From: a virus
Reading direction: 5' to 3' (one strand)
Length of the DNA: 64,000 nucleotides
IMG/VR virus record: IMGVR_UViG_3300017788_002882
Span: 1 to 64,000 of that record
The first letter of the stretch is position 1; each line of letters starts with the position of its first letter. A program made the position numbers and the translations under genes. The notes beneath the pieces were generated by a model. That model saw only the letters and a list, made by a program, of their open reading frames with translations. It was not told the DNA's origin and did no database searches. Below, in pieces: positions 1-9,529 of the stretch.

Positions 1-144
1 AGGTCTTGCGAATGAATTTCGGTATAAATCAACTACTTCAACCAATTCACCATTTTTTTCTAATTCATCCTTAATTGTTTTGAAAATACCATTATAACAA
101 AATGATTCTTCATTTGGATGACCTATTACGATTAAGTTTCGCAT
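1..144 (-). CDS. Flavodoxin-like NAD(P)H dehydrogenase (quinone) family protein, N-terminal part (runs off window edge)
   Basis: Not in ORF track. Manual translation MRNLIVIGHPNEESFCYNGIFKTIKDELEKNGELVEVVDLYRNSFARP matches the Flavodoxin_2/KefF-MdaB N-terminal pattern (HP..ESF..AI...V.V.DLY...F.P). Confidence 0.7.
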   Translation of the reverse strand, partial: MRNLIVIGHPNEESFCYNGIFKTIKDELEKNGELVEVVDLYRNSFARP

Positions 145-248
145 TATATTTGATTTACATCATATGCTTTGGGTGATGGTAAACCACTATACTCACAAAA
201 CAACTCTTGTCAAGTCGGACTCTGTCAATTTGATTATTTTTGTCATGA

Positions 249-620
249 TTAGTATTTTAGGGTCAAAAGGTATTTCGATTTGTTTATTGTCGCCAGCATT
301 TCATCTCGAATGTTCAATAAATCTGTATCGTATCTTTGGTCTAATTGGTCTGAAAAACTAACTAAAAATTCTGTGATTCCATCCAAAAAGTTCTGCATAC
401 TAATTGCAGTTATGTCTTGAAACATTAAAGCAAACTCAGGTTCGAATTCAGGTCTCCCGTACTTTCCCATCATTACCTCCGTAAATTCGTCAATCAAATC
501 TCCAAGTCCTTCGTAGATTTTTCCATAGATTCTATGTTTCGCATCTCCATATGTTTGCCAATGTAAAAATTTCCATTGAAGTTGCATTTGAACCAGTTTT
601 TTAATTAATTCTTCTTTCAT
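249..620 (-). CDS. Ferritin/Dps-like four-helix protein (DUF5856-like)
   Basis: LHWQT..AKH...G.IYE.L.DLIDEF.E pattern of Dps/ferritin-like phage proteins. Confidence 0.7.
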   Translation of the reverse strand: MKEELIKKLVQMQLQWKFLHWQTYGDAKHRIYGKIYEGLGDLIDEFTEVMMGKYGRPEFEPEFALMFQDITAISMQNFLDGITEFLVSFSDQLDQRYDTDLLNIRDEMLATINKSKYLLTLKY

Positions 621-641
621 GACAATAAATATAATATAAAC

Positions 642-666
642 AAAAAAAGGTCCGTGAAGACCTTTT
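642..666 (-). terminator. Intrinsic terminator downstream of the DNA methyltransferase
   Basis: Stem AAAAGGTC/GACCTTTT, 6-nt loop, T-run on the minus strand. Confidence 0.6.
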
Positions 667-1528
667 AAGTTTGAGGAACTGTAAAATCAAATTCATGTTG
701 TTTCTTACTATCAATGAAAAACTGAACTCTTTTTCTCCCAACTTCACAATAGTTTGTGCTCAATTCGATTCCAATCCATCTACGACCCAAAATTTCTGCA
801 CTGACCAATGAGGTTCCTGAACCAGCAAAAGGATCTAAAACTACATCATTCTTGTAAGTTAAAATTTTAATTGCTTTCGAGGGAATATCCATTGAGAATG
901 TGGCCTTTGTTTGTTGTTTTGTGTCAGCAAAATATTCCCACTGACCATAAACTAAACTCATAAATTCTTTCTTATCCTCTTCTTTATATACAGTTTTCTT
1001 CTTAACGGAACCATCCTCTTGCTCTATGTCCATTATTTCGGAATCCCATTGAGATTCCCCCTTCAACTTCTTGATTCTATCTTTCTTGTATGCAAGAATC
1101 ACACATTCTTTGGGATTGTAGATATATGGACTCGATGGAGACATCCATGAACCCCAAGCTGTGGTCTTACTTCTGTGAGGTGAATTCTCATCCAAATCTA
1201 CAAGTCCATAAAACTTGAACCCGACTTTTTTCATGATGGACCAAAACTCAGCCATGAATAATACTCTACCTCCACGGTCTTGAACGTTGACTTCATAAGG
1301 AATGTTTATTGCAATCCTACCATCATCTTTGAGAATTCTAAAAGCCTGAGTCAACCAATCATCAGTAAACCTCCAGTACAAATCCATAGATTGATTGTCA
1401 TCATGAACATCATAATCAATCCCGACATTATATGGTGGTGATGTGACAATCAAGTCGATTGATGACTCGGGAAGTTTACCCATCTCCTCTGCACAATCTC
1501 CATTTATAATTCTATTTGTTTCTAACAT
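665..1528 (-). CDS. N4-cytosine/N6-adenine DNA methyltransferase (beta class)
   Basis: DLIVTSPPY (motif IV) near the N-terminus and VLDPFAGSGT (motif I) near the C-terminus. Confidence 0.92.
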   Translation of the reverse strand: MLETNRIINGDCAEEMGKLPESSIDLIVTSPPYNVGIDYDVHDDNQSMDLYWRFTDDWLTQAFRILKDDGRIAINIPYEVNVQDRGGRVLFMAEFWSIMKKVGFKFYGLVDLDENSPHRSKTTAWGSWMSPSSPYIYNPKECVILAYKKDRIKKLKGESQWDSEIMDIEQEDGSVKKKTVYKEEDKKEFMSLVYGQWEYFADTKQQTKATFSMDIPSKAIKILTYKNDVVLDPFAGSGTSLVSAEILGRRWIGIELSTNYCEVGRKRVQFFIDSKKQHEFDFTVPQT

Positions 1529-1929
1529 CGTAATTTACCTTCGTTTCTTAATTGTTCTCTAATCTTAGTCGCAGATATGTCAGAAACTTCTTGGGGTGGA
1601 ATATGTTCTATAATATCGTATCCAACTCCTCTTCCGAAGTTTATCGATTCAATATCAGGTATTATCATAACTCTAACTCTACCATCCTTAATTAAGTCTA
1701 AAAGTTCTCCAGCAATTCTATTCTCAACCTCTTGTGAAGTATAAGGATTTTTATCGTCAGGTTCAATGTCCCTAATACAAATTAGAACATTTTTACCTTC
1801 GTCTAATATTTCATTAACAATCCACCTATGTCCCGCGTGAAAGGGTTGAAATCTTCCCACAAACATGGAATATTGTTTCCCACCAGTATTTTTTAACTTT
1901 GGGTCTCCCTCAACGTGAATTTTTTGCAT
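1522..1929 (-). CDS. HxGH nucleotidyltransferase (cytidylyltransferase-like; possible minimal ATP sulfurylase)
   Basis: GRFQPFHAGH motif, NP motif and C-terminal ISATKIR; overlaps the APS kinase gene. Confidence 0.75.
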   Translation of the reverse strand: MQKIHVEGDPKLKNTGGKQYSMFVGRFQPFHAGHRWIVNEILDEGKNVLICIRDIEPDDKNPYTSQEVENRIAGELLDLIKDGRVRVMIIPDIESINFGRGVGYDIIEHIPPQEVSDISATKIREQLRNEGKLRC

Positions 1930-2353
1930 ACTCTGAAACTTTTTTTACTGACTCTTCAATACTATCGTTTGTTGTGTCTAATCTGAGATACTTTTCAGTT
2001 GGTGCTTCATATTCATTTACGAAGTAGTCTTCTCTACCTCTAATCTCACTCGTATAAAGATAAACTTCGAAAAGATTATCCCCCATCTTTGATTTGAACT
2101 TATCTCTTTGGTCTTTGTATGGAGACACTAAGGAAACAAATACGTGTTTACCTTTGTTATGAAGATATTCTGAGATTTGTTGAGCAAGTTCAATGTTTTT
2201 TCTACGTCCAACTTCAGAGTAATCCTTGTTTTCGAATAAATCCCTGAGATCATCACCATCTATATGAAATACATCTGACCCCATGTTCAACATCATTTGT
2301 TTACATAAGGTTGTCTTACCTGAGCCAGGTTGTCCTGTGAGCCAAACTATCAT
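1910..2353 (-). CDS. cysC: Adenylyl-sulfate (APS) kinase
   Basis: WLTGQPGSGKTT P-loop, IDGDDLR, DYS..GR..NI, VSPY...R and YE.P motifs. Confidence 0.85.
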   Translation of the reverse strand: MIVWLTGQPGSGKTTLCKQMMLNMGSDVFHIDGDDLRDLFENKDYSEVGRRKNIELAQQISEYLHNKGKHVFVSLVSPYKDQRDKFKSKMGDNLFEVYLYTSEIRGREDYFVNEYEAPTEKYLRLDTTNDSIEESVKKVSEYAKNSR

Positions 2354-2574
2354 TTTTCTGAATTTTTAATCCTACGGTTCAAATAAAAAGCAGCTTTTTT
2401 GAGATCTTCTAATTCCTTTGTTTGGTCTTTTACACCAGCTCTTGCTACATATTTTACCACGTTGAACAAGTAAGCATCGTGGTCCAACCCCCAAGCTTCG
2501 CAAACTTTAATTACTTCATAAACATTATCTTTCCCACCATAATGGTTGGGATGATTAACCATATCATTCTTCAT
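2350..2574 (-). CDS. DUF3310 family phage protein
   Basis: DMVNHP.HY...E.I....N.VKYV.RAG.K....EDL.KA.FYL signature. Confidence 0.85.
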   Translation of the reverse strand: MKNDMVNHPNHYGGKDNVYEVIKVCEAWGLDHDAYLFNVVKYVARAGVKDQTKELEDLKKAAFYLNRRIKNSEK

Positions 2575-2704
2575 TCTTATCCCCCCATTTTTTTTCTAAG
2601 TACTCGACATATCTATCGTACTTGTTTGGATTGTATAACATCCAAACAAAATATACATCGATGAACCATTCAATTTTTTTAAAAAATGAATTTATCTTTT
2701 CCAA
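2564..2704 (-). CDS. Possible small protein (46 aa, TTG start)
   Basis: Manual translation MEKINSFFKKIEWFIDVYFVWMLYNPNKYDRYVEYLEKKWGDKNEE fills the gap between co-oriented genes. Confidence 0.45.
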   Translation of the reverse strand: MEKINSFFKKIEWFIDVYFVWMLYNPNKYDRYVEYLEKKWGDKNEE

Positions 2705-2903
2705 AATATTTTTCTAAAGTTTCGATTCTTTCATCAGCATCTATCAACATTCTTAGAGCTTCTTCAGCATTTTCATAAAAATCTTTAGTCGAGTGGTCAC
2801 CAATACCAACACCAGTGTTTCCCATCAAATCCAAAGTTAGAAGTGCTTTTGCTTTATCAGCTTCCGCTGAGGTTCTTAACATATTAATCAAGTTCGCGTT
2901 CAT
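2679..2903 (-). CDS. Hypothetical phage protein
   Basis: Co-oriented ORF containing a GVGIGDHS motif. Confidence 0.6.
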   Translation of the reverse strand: MNANLINMLRTSAEADKAKALLTLDLMGNTGVGIGDHSTKDFYENAEEALRMLIDADERIETLEKYFGKDKFIF

Positions 2904-2909
2904 GTATTT

Positions 2910-3092
2910 TTAATTTATAATTTTGATTATTTCTGATTCAGATTTGCCTTGAAGATACAACTTATAGATGGTTAAGCTAATGTTGTTGTCAAACATTAAC
3001 ATATCACTTTTCCCAAAGTATTCTCCTAATTTTCCATCTTTGAGGGCTTGAACACACTGGTCCAATCGAACCCATCTTTTGTTGAAACTCAT
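2910..3092 (-). CDS. Hypothetical protein
   Basis: Co-oriented ORF, tight spacing. Confidence 0.55.
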   Translation of the reverse strand: MSFNKRWVRLDQCVQALKDGKLGEYFGKSDMLMFDNNISLTIYKLYLQGKSESEIIKIIN

Positions 3093-3110
3093 TTGGAAAA
3101 TATAATAAAG

Positions 3111-3890
3111 TTATTGTTGAGAGTCAAAATTATTTAGTTTCTCAAAATTTACCACCTGAAAAATATATGACATTACTTTCCTTTTGATAATTGGAATCAT
3201 TGTTTGCTCGAATGGAAAGTTTTGATTACATTTGATTTCGAATATGGGAAGCTCTTTAAAATATTCTGTTTGGTTCCAACTTGAATTTGTATCGATGATT
3301 TCTGTAAGAGTTTTATCATCGATATTTCCTTCAGAAATCAACTGCAGTTGTGTTCTATTTGTTGATTTGTCTCTCTTATCAGTTTTGATTTCATATTCCC
3401 AAACATACAACTTTTCCTCGAACTTACGATAGAAAAAAATGTATCCCGAACCCGATATTAAGTTGTTTTTATTTTTTCTTAAATATAAATCAATAGATTC
3501 AAAAGCAATATTCCATATTGATTTGGCAATGTTGAAAGCATCAAATAATTTGGGGCCAGAGAATCTGAGGGTTTTATCCAATTCCTCTTCTTCTTTGTCA
3601 GTAAGATTTCTTGGTTTTTTTTGGGTAAGTTCTTTTACTAAAATTTCATCATCAGGAGATTCGAATTTCTTGTTGGTAAGTAACAGTGTATTTTCTTTCG
3701 ATATGGATTGTATGTTTGCTAAATGTAAGGACAGTTCAACAAAATCAGGGTACAATTCAAACTTGTCGAAACTTTTGTCGCACTTTTGAAGATAGTCCAA
3801 TAATGTATATTTGTTGTATTCGAAATCTAAAGGTTCTTTGTACATCCACTCAGGATTTAGTTTGAATGGAATTTTTTTCTCTCTCCCCAT
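3111..3890 (-). CDS. Hypothetical protein resembling a conserved Bacteroidota protein
   Basis: W....DFEY.KY.LL.YLQ......LYP N-terminus recalled from Bacteroidota hypothetical proteins. Confidence 0.6.
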   Translation of the reverse strand: MGREKKIPFKLNPEWMYKEPLDFEYNKYTLLDYLQKCDKSFDKFELYPDFVELSLHLANIQSISKENTLLLTNKKFESPDDEILVKELTQKKPRNLTDKEEEELDKTLRFSGPKLFDAFNIAKSIWNIAFESIDLYLRKNKNNLISGSGYIFFYRKFEEKLYVWEYEIKTDKRDKSTNRTQLQLISEGNIDDKTLTEIIDTNSSWNQTEYFKELPIFEIKCNQNFPFEQTMIPIIKRKVMSYIFQVVNFEKLNNFDSQQ

Positions 3891-3916
3891 GTAAAAATTA
3901 TAATGGTCAAAAATTA

Positions 3917-4762
3917 TTAATCAATTCTCATTATATAAAATAACTCACCATCTGCATAAACTTCATGTGCGTCTCCATCGTACCTAGCAAGAAAATGACC
4001 GTAACCATCCAAATTGATAGCTTCTTCAATCATCTCGTCTTTATCGATAAATTCTTCCCAATCGACTGAGTATTCATCAATATATTGCCAAGGATTTTTT
4101 GAAGCCCAAAGTACGTTTTCTTCTACTTTTTTTTCAATAAGTTCATCAGGGAAATCACCTTGTGGATCGCTTTGAATATCCAAAATTTCTTCCTCATACT
4201 CAGTTATTACTTCATTAAACTCTGCAATTTTCTTTTGGAACCATTCAGAATTGGGACCATCCGACCTTTCCTCAAACTGTTGAATACTTTGTTTCAATCT
4301 ATCAAGTCTCATTTGTAGAATTTCGACCTGTTCTCTTTGTTTGTTAGACAACATCCTGTCTTCTTCATCGAAATAACCCTCAGGATAGTTATAAATGTCA
4401 TCACTGAAAAAGTCGGCAGCATAATTTTGCAAATCTTTCTTGTCGAGAAATTGTTTTACAAAATCTGTATTGAAAGATTGAATCCCATCAGTTTCAATGA
4501 TATTTTCAATATATTCTTTACAGCTTTTATCGGTTTCATATTCGGTTCCAATAGCATATTCCATCATTCCCACCGCGAATAAATCCATATCATAATAGTC
4601 TCCACGAAAAGTCAATTCATTTAAGGTCTCATCTTCATCCACTTCTCCAACGTCTTTCAACCAACTTAAAAGCAGTTCCGCTTTCAATTTTAGTGAGGGG
4701 GTATTTTCCATAAATAATCGAGTTCGCTCTTGAGCAGATTCTGTTTGTTGAGAAAAATTCAT
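3917..4762 (-). CDS. Acidic hypothetical protein with central coiled coil
   Basis: 281-aa ORF preceded by TATTTAT motif. Confidence 0.65.
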   Translation of the reverse strand: MNFSQQTESAQERTRLFMENTPSLKLKAELLLSWLKDVGEVDEDETLNELTFRGDYYDMDLFAVGMMEYAIGTEYETDKSCKEYIENIIETDGIQSFNTDFVKQFLDKKDLQNYAADFFSDDIYNYPEGYFDEEDRMLSNKQREQVEILQMRLDRLKQSIQQFEERSDGPNSEWFQKKIAEFNEVITEYEEEILDIQSDPQGDFPDELIEKKVEENVLWASKNPWQYIDEYSVDWEEFIDKDEMIEEAINLDGYGHFLARYDGDAHEVYADGELFYIMRID

Positions 4763-4847
4763 CAGTTTTTATTTAATAAATATTATTGTACAATATAATT
4801 AGAAATGTCGACTATTTATAAACATAAACGAATTAAATTCTATTACC

Positions 4848-4997
4848 ATGGGATGCGGATGCAAAAATAATCAACAAGCACAACCTCAGGTTCAACAACC
4901 ACAGCCTGCGACTCCTCAACAACAAAATGAGAGTGTAAAAGCAGCAATAAAAAAAACTGTTGAGAAGTATTATAACGTAAACAAATCTTCCAAGTAA
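4848..4997 (+). CDS. Small MGCGCK-start, Gln/Pro-rich protein (49 aa)
   Basis: Manual translation MGCGCKNNQQAQPQVQQPQPATPQQQNESVKAAIKKTVEKYYNVNKSSK, followed by a plus-strand terminator. Confidence 0.6.
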   Translation: MGCGCKNNQQAQPQVQQPQPATPQQQNESVKAAIKKTVEKYYNVNKSSK

Positions 4998-5021
4998 AGA
5001 CACTTGTAAGGGATGTATGAG

Positions 5022-5048
5022 AAGGGACAATTTTTTTGTCCCTTTTTT
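5022..5048 (+). terminator. Intrinsic terminator
   Basis: AAGGGACAA-TTTT-TTGTCCCTT followed by a T-run. Confidence 0.7.
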
Positions 5049-5060
5049 GTATTTATCATT

Positions 5061-6053
5061 ATGAATTTCGATAGAATAATAGACCAATTTCATCAAGGAG
5101 AGTTCGACCCCGAAGAGTGGTTTGGGGATTACGAAACATTTTTCAAAATTTTACAGAAAAGAAAGTTAATACACAAATTGGATATTGAGGATTCCGATAT
5201 TCAAAATCGTCTTTTACTATGGTTACGTGAGGACAAACCCTCTGAGTTTTATGATTTCCTCACGGACAAATTGACTGACTTAGAAATTGATGAAAATGGT
5301 GTAGTATATTTGGACTTGGACGACCCATCCGATTTATCCAAGTTATTTTGTAGCAACTCAAGAAATGGAATCTCAAGAGATGGTGTGGAATCTATCTTAT
5401 CAGGCGAAAGATATTATGATTGGTTTTCTGATACAACTGACGATGTATACCGAGATGTAATCGATAATTTAAATTCAAGAAATCGGAAATTTCTTGAGGA
5501 GAATATTGTCGAAACTTTACAAAATCAATCCATTCAGCCCGCAACACCCGAATTGATAGAAATTGCTCAAGAACAAGGTCACAATGAATATGCCACAATT
5601 GACCAATCTGTTGTAAGTAGAGTTGTTGATGATGAAGAATCTATGAATTATTTACTCGAAGACTACCTTTCTAGCATCAACTCTGATTTATTAACAATTC
5701 ATTCCAACGCATACGAAACTGCATTCGAAGACGAAGTTTTGGAAAGTATTTGGAGTGAACTTCAGGAGTATGTGGATGGAAGAGGTGAATTTTATTCAAG
5801 ACCTCATCGTTTCAAGAAAGATACAATGACCCAAAGATTCAGAATTCCTGTTGCGTCGAACTTCAAAGATATAATTGTGAATTATTTGGAGGACGGAAAG
5901 AGGAGAGGTTCCCGTGGGTTATTAGAATTTTGGGGAGATTACCTTTCCCTAATTGAAGGAGAACTCGATTGTTTGACAGTAAGGCCGAGTGATTATCCTG
6001 ACCATAGGAAAGTAATTTATTATATGAATGAAATTTTCACGGATTATATATAA
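5061..6053 (+). CDS. Acidic hypothetical protein (start reassigned to 5061)
   Basis: ATG at 5061 lies after the terminator and 4 nt after TATTTAT; the ORF-track start at 5013 would run through the hairpin. Confidence 0.65.
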   Translation: MNFDRIIDQFHQGEFDPEEWFGDYETFFKILQKRKLIHKLDIEDSDIQNRLLLWLREDKPSEFYDFLTDKLTDLEIDENGVVYLDLDDPSDLSKLFCSNSRNGISRDGVESILSGERYYDWFSDTTDDVYRDVIDNLNSRNRKFLEENIVETLQNQSIQPATPELIEIAQEQGHNEYATIDQSVVSRVVDDEESMNYLLEDYLSSINSDLLTIHSNAYETAFEDEVLESIWSELQEYVDGRGEFYSRPHRFKKDTMTQRFRIPVASNFKDIIVNYLEDGKRRGSRGLLEFWGDYLSLIEGELDCLTVRPSDYPDHRKVIYYMNEIFTDYI

Positions 6054-6110
6054 TAATTCTATTCTTTTTATACATGTAAATTCGTATCATTCTACAAATC
6101 AATAATTTGA

Positions 6111-6854
6111 ATGATATTAAAAAGTAAAAGTAGTAGGATATTCACAATCAACTTGTTCGCCGATTTTTTATTGACAAAAACTCCAAACGCAGAATCAATT
6201 TTTTCATTAGTAGATTGTAAAAATTTTGTAGTAATCAAAGGGAAAACTACACAGAAAGAAATTTTGGACATCAGTTCAATACTGAGTGAATTCAATGAAA
6301 AATATAAACCCTCACATCCGATTTCCCATACAATAGATTTGATTGAGTATGATTATAAATTTTCCAAAGTCAATCAATTGGAATTTGTTCTACACAAATC
6401 AGATAATTGTTCATATCACAAACAACAAATCGAAAGGTTTAAATCCAATTCCAACTCATGCGATTTCAAGTCCTATCCCATTGAAATTAATGACGATGAT
6501 TTTATCGCAGTGTCAGAATTCCCCCATGGTTACTCATTAACTCAAGGAAGATTGATTTATCTTTATGGTAAACACATTTTTTATAATATTCCAACTAATT
6601 ATTTCGATTCCTCACTTTTGATGAATATTTCATTAGAAAAAAACGAAGAAAATGAAAATATCATTTCCATAATCAATTTGGAAAAAAACTCAGAGGATGA
6701 GAAACTCAAATCCGCGATTTTAGATGTATTCGATTTCGACATGTCATGGATTTCCAATGAAATGAAAAAAGTGGATTGGAGCGTCGAACTCACAAATCCA
6801 CTCGAGGATTATTCTTTTATCAAAAAGAAAAATAAAGATTTTATTATTTTTTAG
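6111..6854 (+). CDS. Degenerate S-adenosylmethionine synthetase (MetK)-like protein
   Basis: N-terminal FADFLL..TPNAES.......FVVIKG.TT...DI and C-terminal DEKL..AILDVFDF resemble MetK terminal domains; catalytic motifs not seen. Confidence 0.4.
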   Translation: MILKSKSSRIFTINLFADFLLTKTPNAESIFSLVDCKNFVVIKGKTTQKEILDISSILSEFNEKYKPSHPISHTIDLIEYDYKFSKVNQLEFVLHKSDNCSYHKQQIERFKSNSNSCDFKSYPIEINDDDFIAVSEFPHGYSLTQGRLIYLYGKHIFYNIPTNYFDSSLLMNISLEKNEENENIISIINLEKNSEDEKLKSAILDVFDFDMSWISNEMKKVDWSVELTNPLEDYSFIKKKNKDFIIF

Positions 6855-7150
6855 AGTAATCCTACATTCTTCCTGTGTTCTTTGATTATCTGTACTGCCT
6901 CTGTTAATTCATTGTAATTTCTCTCAGGGGCATAAAGAAAGGATTTATATTTTTTTCCATTACCTTCGATAATAAGTAATGCTGGAATCATGTCATTGTC
7001 GATTACTTCACTGAACACATCGTATTCGTCTTTATATTCATCGATGTCTCTATCGAAAAATTCAATTCCCTCTTCATTCAACATTTTTTTGAAGTCGACA
7101 CAGAATGGACATCCTTTCATTGTATAGACGATTACATTCAGATCTTTCAT
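6851..7150 (-). CDS. Glutaredoxin-like protein
   Basis: VYTMKGCPFC motif; probable cis-Pro in MIP. Confidence 0.85.
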   Translation of the reverse strand: MKDLNVIVYTMKGCPFCVDFKKMLNEEGIEFFDRDIDEYKDEYDVFSEVIDNDMIPALLIIEGNGKKYKSFLYAPERNYNELTEAVQIIKEHRKNVGLL

Positions 7151-7153
7151 AAC

Positions 7154-7477
7154 TTAATCCAATTGTCTTAGAACTTGATCTGGAGACATAATACCTGCTT
7201 TTGAAAATACTTCCTCTCCTTCTTTGAATATTTTGATTGTGGGAACTCCTCGAACACCCCATTTTTTCATTAAATCCATATCTTCTTCAATATCGAACTT
7301 ATATACACCGAACTTAGGATTTCCATTAGATTGTTCAATAAGAGAATCATTAACTTTCTCTAAATTTCCCAACATTATTTTGCATGGCCCACACCATGTT
7401 GCAAATAAATCGAGAACAAAGTTTTCTTTAAGCTCAATTTTTTGTTTTAATTCTTCACTCGTTAATTGTTTTGTCAT
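7154..7477 (-). CDS. trxA: Thioredoxin
   Basis: FATWCGPCK and VRGVPT motifs. Confidence 0.9.
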   Translation of the reverse strand: MTKQLTSEELKQKIELKENFVLDLFATWCGPCKIMLGNLEKVNDSLIEQSNGNPKFGVYKFDIEEDMDLMKKWGVRGVPTIKIFKEGEEVFSKAGIMSPDQVLRQLD

Positions 7478-7799
7478 TGTTAAATTGTTTTAATAATTGT
7501 GTAATAAAAATTGTTAATTCACTTTCTTGATTCTGTTTATAATAAACAAGTAAATTCACATTGGTGGTATTCATTGATAAATACAGATAGAATCCTTGTT
7601 TTGTTTTGAAAATTATTTTTTCAACTATAATTTTTCCTGTCCCTGTGTGTATATCCGAGAGACCCTGACTCCAAGCGACTTCGAAACTTCTTCTATTCAA
7701 AAATTTGAAAATAGAATCGTCAGGAAAATTTATTTTGAGTGATGAAAGAACTCCTAAAGTTTTTTCATTACGTTTTATGAACTTAGGTTTTTTTATCAT
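7455..7799 (-). CDS. Hypothetical protein (start likely 7799)
   Basis: ATGA overlap with the upstream stop codon. Confidence 0.55.
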   Translation of the reverse strand: MIKKPKFIKRNEKTLGVLSSLKINFPDDSIFKFLNRRSFEVAWSQGLSDIHTGTGKIIVEKIIFKTKQGFYLYLSMNTTNVNLLVYYKQNQESELTIFITQLLKQFNNDKTINE

Positions 7800-9484
7800 A
7801 ACCATTGGTATTGGATTGTATGTGGGCCATCGATTGTTTTGTGGGTCCATTTAATTGAACCATCCTCATCCCAATATGAATCAGAATGAAGTTCAATTCC
7901 ATTTGAACATTTTTTAGTAATCTTAACAGTTTCAAAATCTTTGTGGTTTATGTAATCTGACATTCTTGAGTCCAACTTCAATATATAATATAACCAAGTT
8001 TCAGGTAATTTTCCATTGTATTTTCCCAAACTTTGAATTCTTCGATACTCGATCTTGTTTCCAACTTTAGATAGTTGATATTCAATCGTAGCCCTTTCAT
8101 TAGAATCCCTTGAACCTTTTCTGATTGATATTATTATACTCGAAGGTTTTCCAATATATGATTTGACACAATTGGATTGCACTGAAGTTTCTTCATTGTA
8201 GTTGACTGAAGAATTCAATACAACAGGATAATAATTCAATATTGGTTTTTCCAAAACTTCATAAGTGTAAATCGGATAAATCCTTTCATAATTACCCAAT
8301 TTATAAAAACTTAACTTGTCAGTCCAATCTAAGTGTTCATTTCTGAATGCAGGACCCTCAACATCAGTAGCCGTCCATTTCAAATCTGTTTCTCCATACA
8401 TTTTCAAATCCGTATATAAGTTGATATGGTCAATGAAAGTGTATGAGTCCATAAGATTTTCGAAAAAAACTTTCTTAAATGTATGAAAAACTTTCCTTAA
8501 TTCATCCTTACTGACTAAATCAATAAATTCATTCGGAATCGATCTGTCTCCAATACCGTACTCACAATTTAATGTGTTCGAAATAAAATTTTCATCTTGA
8601 TTAATCCAATCATCCCCAAATAACTTCTTTGTTTTTTTGTATAAGTCAATGTTCAAACGTGAACAAGTGTGTAATGCCTGTTTCAACTTTTTCCCATTCA
8701 AGTTGTTGTATCCCATAAACGTATCAACTAACCTGTAATCATTTTTTTTTAGGAGTTTTCTTATCTTGGGGCCAATTAGTTTGGAAGAATAAAGATGAAA
8801 GTTGTTAGGATATTTAATCCCTTTTTTATCCAAATAGAATTTGAACAATCTTTTTTCATAAGTCAACTCATCAGAATCAGACCTTCCATCGATTTCATAA
8901 ATAAATTTTGAGACGGATTCCATTATTACCTCACCGTGATTATGGATGTAAGACCAAACGCAATCTCTTATGGACAACATAAATGAATTGATTGGTTCAT
9001 CTCCAAAGAAATTCTTACAAATTTTCTTAGTAAATTTTTTCTTTTTTTGGTAGTTTTTCAAATACCCTGTATATACATCACCAGTTTTTGTGTTGACCGT
9101 AATAAAAGTTACATTTCTTGAATTTTTGAACCAAGTGTTCCCCACCTTTCTTTCCCTCAAACCATTATATAACTTCATAGAGACCTTATCTCCATCCCGA
9201 TCGACTACTACCATTACGTAAGACTTTAAAACCCTACAGAGAGGATTTCCATAGTGTTCTATATAGTCTTGTTCGACATGAGAAGTATAATTTTCTAAGA
9301 ATAATGGTCCTGGTTTTCTTTTTGTTTTCGGGGAAGATACTTCATCGAATCTTTCAAGAATTTCATCCTCAATTTCTTTTTTCCAATATGAGTTGGTAGG
9401 ATGAGGAAAATCAATCGGCATAATATCATTATACATTGTCATTGTATAAGATTCGTAATTAACTTTGAAAATTTCTTGTTTCAT
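7796..9484 (-). CDS. PcfJ-like domain protein
   Basis: C-terminal E..VQSNCV.SY...IISIR.....ATIEY......Q..GKYN matches the PcfJ pattern. Confidence 0.65.
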   Translation of the reverse strand: MKQEIFKVNYESYTMTMYNDIMPIDFPHPTNSYWKKEIEDEILERFDEVSSPKTKRKPGPLFLENYTSHVEQDYIEHYGNPLCRVLKSYVMVVVDRDGDKVSMKLYNGLRERKVGNTWFKNSRNVTFITVNTKTGDVYTGYLKNYQKKKKFTKKICKNFFGDEPINSFMLSIRDCVWSYIHNHGEVIMESVSKFIYEIDGRSDSDELTYEKRLFKFYLDKKGIKYPNNFHLYSSKLIGPKIRKLLKKNDYRLVDTFMGYNNLNGKKLKQALHTCSRLNIDLYKKTKKLFGDDWINQDENFISNTLNCEYGIGDRSIPNEFIDLVSKDELRKVFHTFKKVFFENLMDSYTFIDHINLYTDLKMYGETDLKWTATDVEGPAFRNEHLDWTDKLSFYKLGNYERIYPIYTYEVLEKPILNYYPVVLNSSVNYNEETSVQSNCVKSYIGKPSSIIISIRKGSRDSNERATIEYQLSKVGNKIEYRRIQSLGKYNGKLPETWLYYILKLDSRMSDYINHKDFETVKITKKCSNGIELHSDSYWDEDGSIKWTHKTIDGPHTIQYQWL

Positions 9485-9499
9485 GAATCAATTATAATA

Positions 9500-9528
9500 A
9501 AAAAAAAGGGGGTAATAAACCCCCTTTT
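9500..9528 (-). terminator. Intrinsic terminator
   Basis: AAAAGGGGGT...ACCCCCTTTT hairpin with long T-run on the minus strand. Confidence 0.75.
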
Positions 9529-9529
9529 A

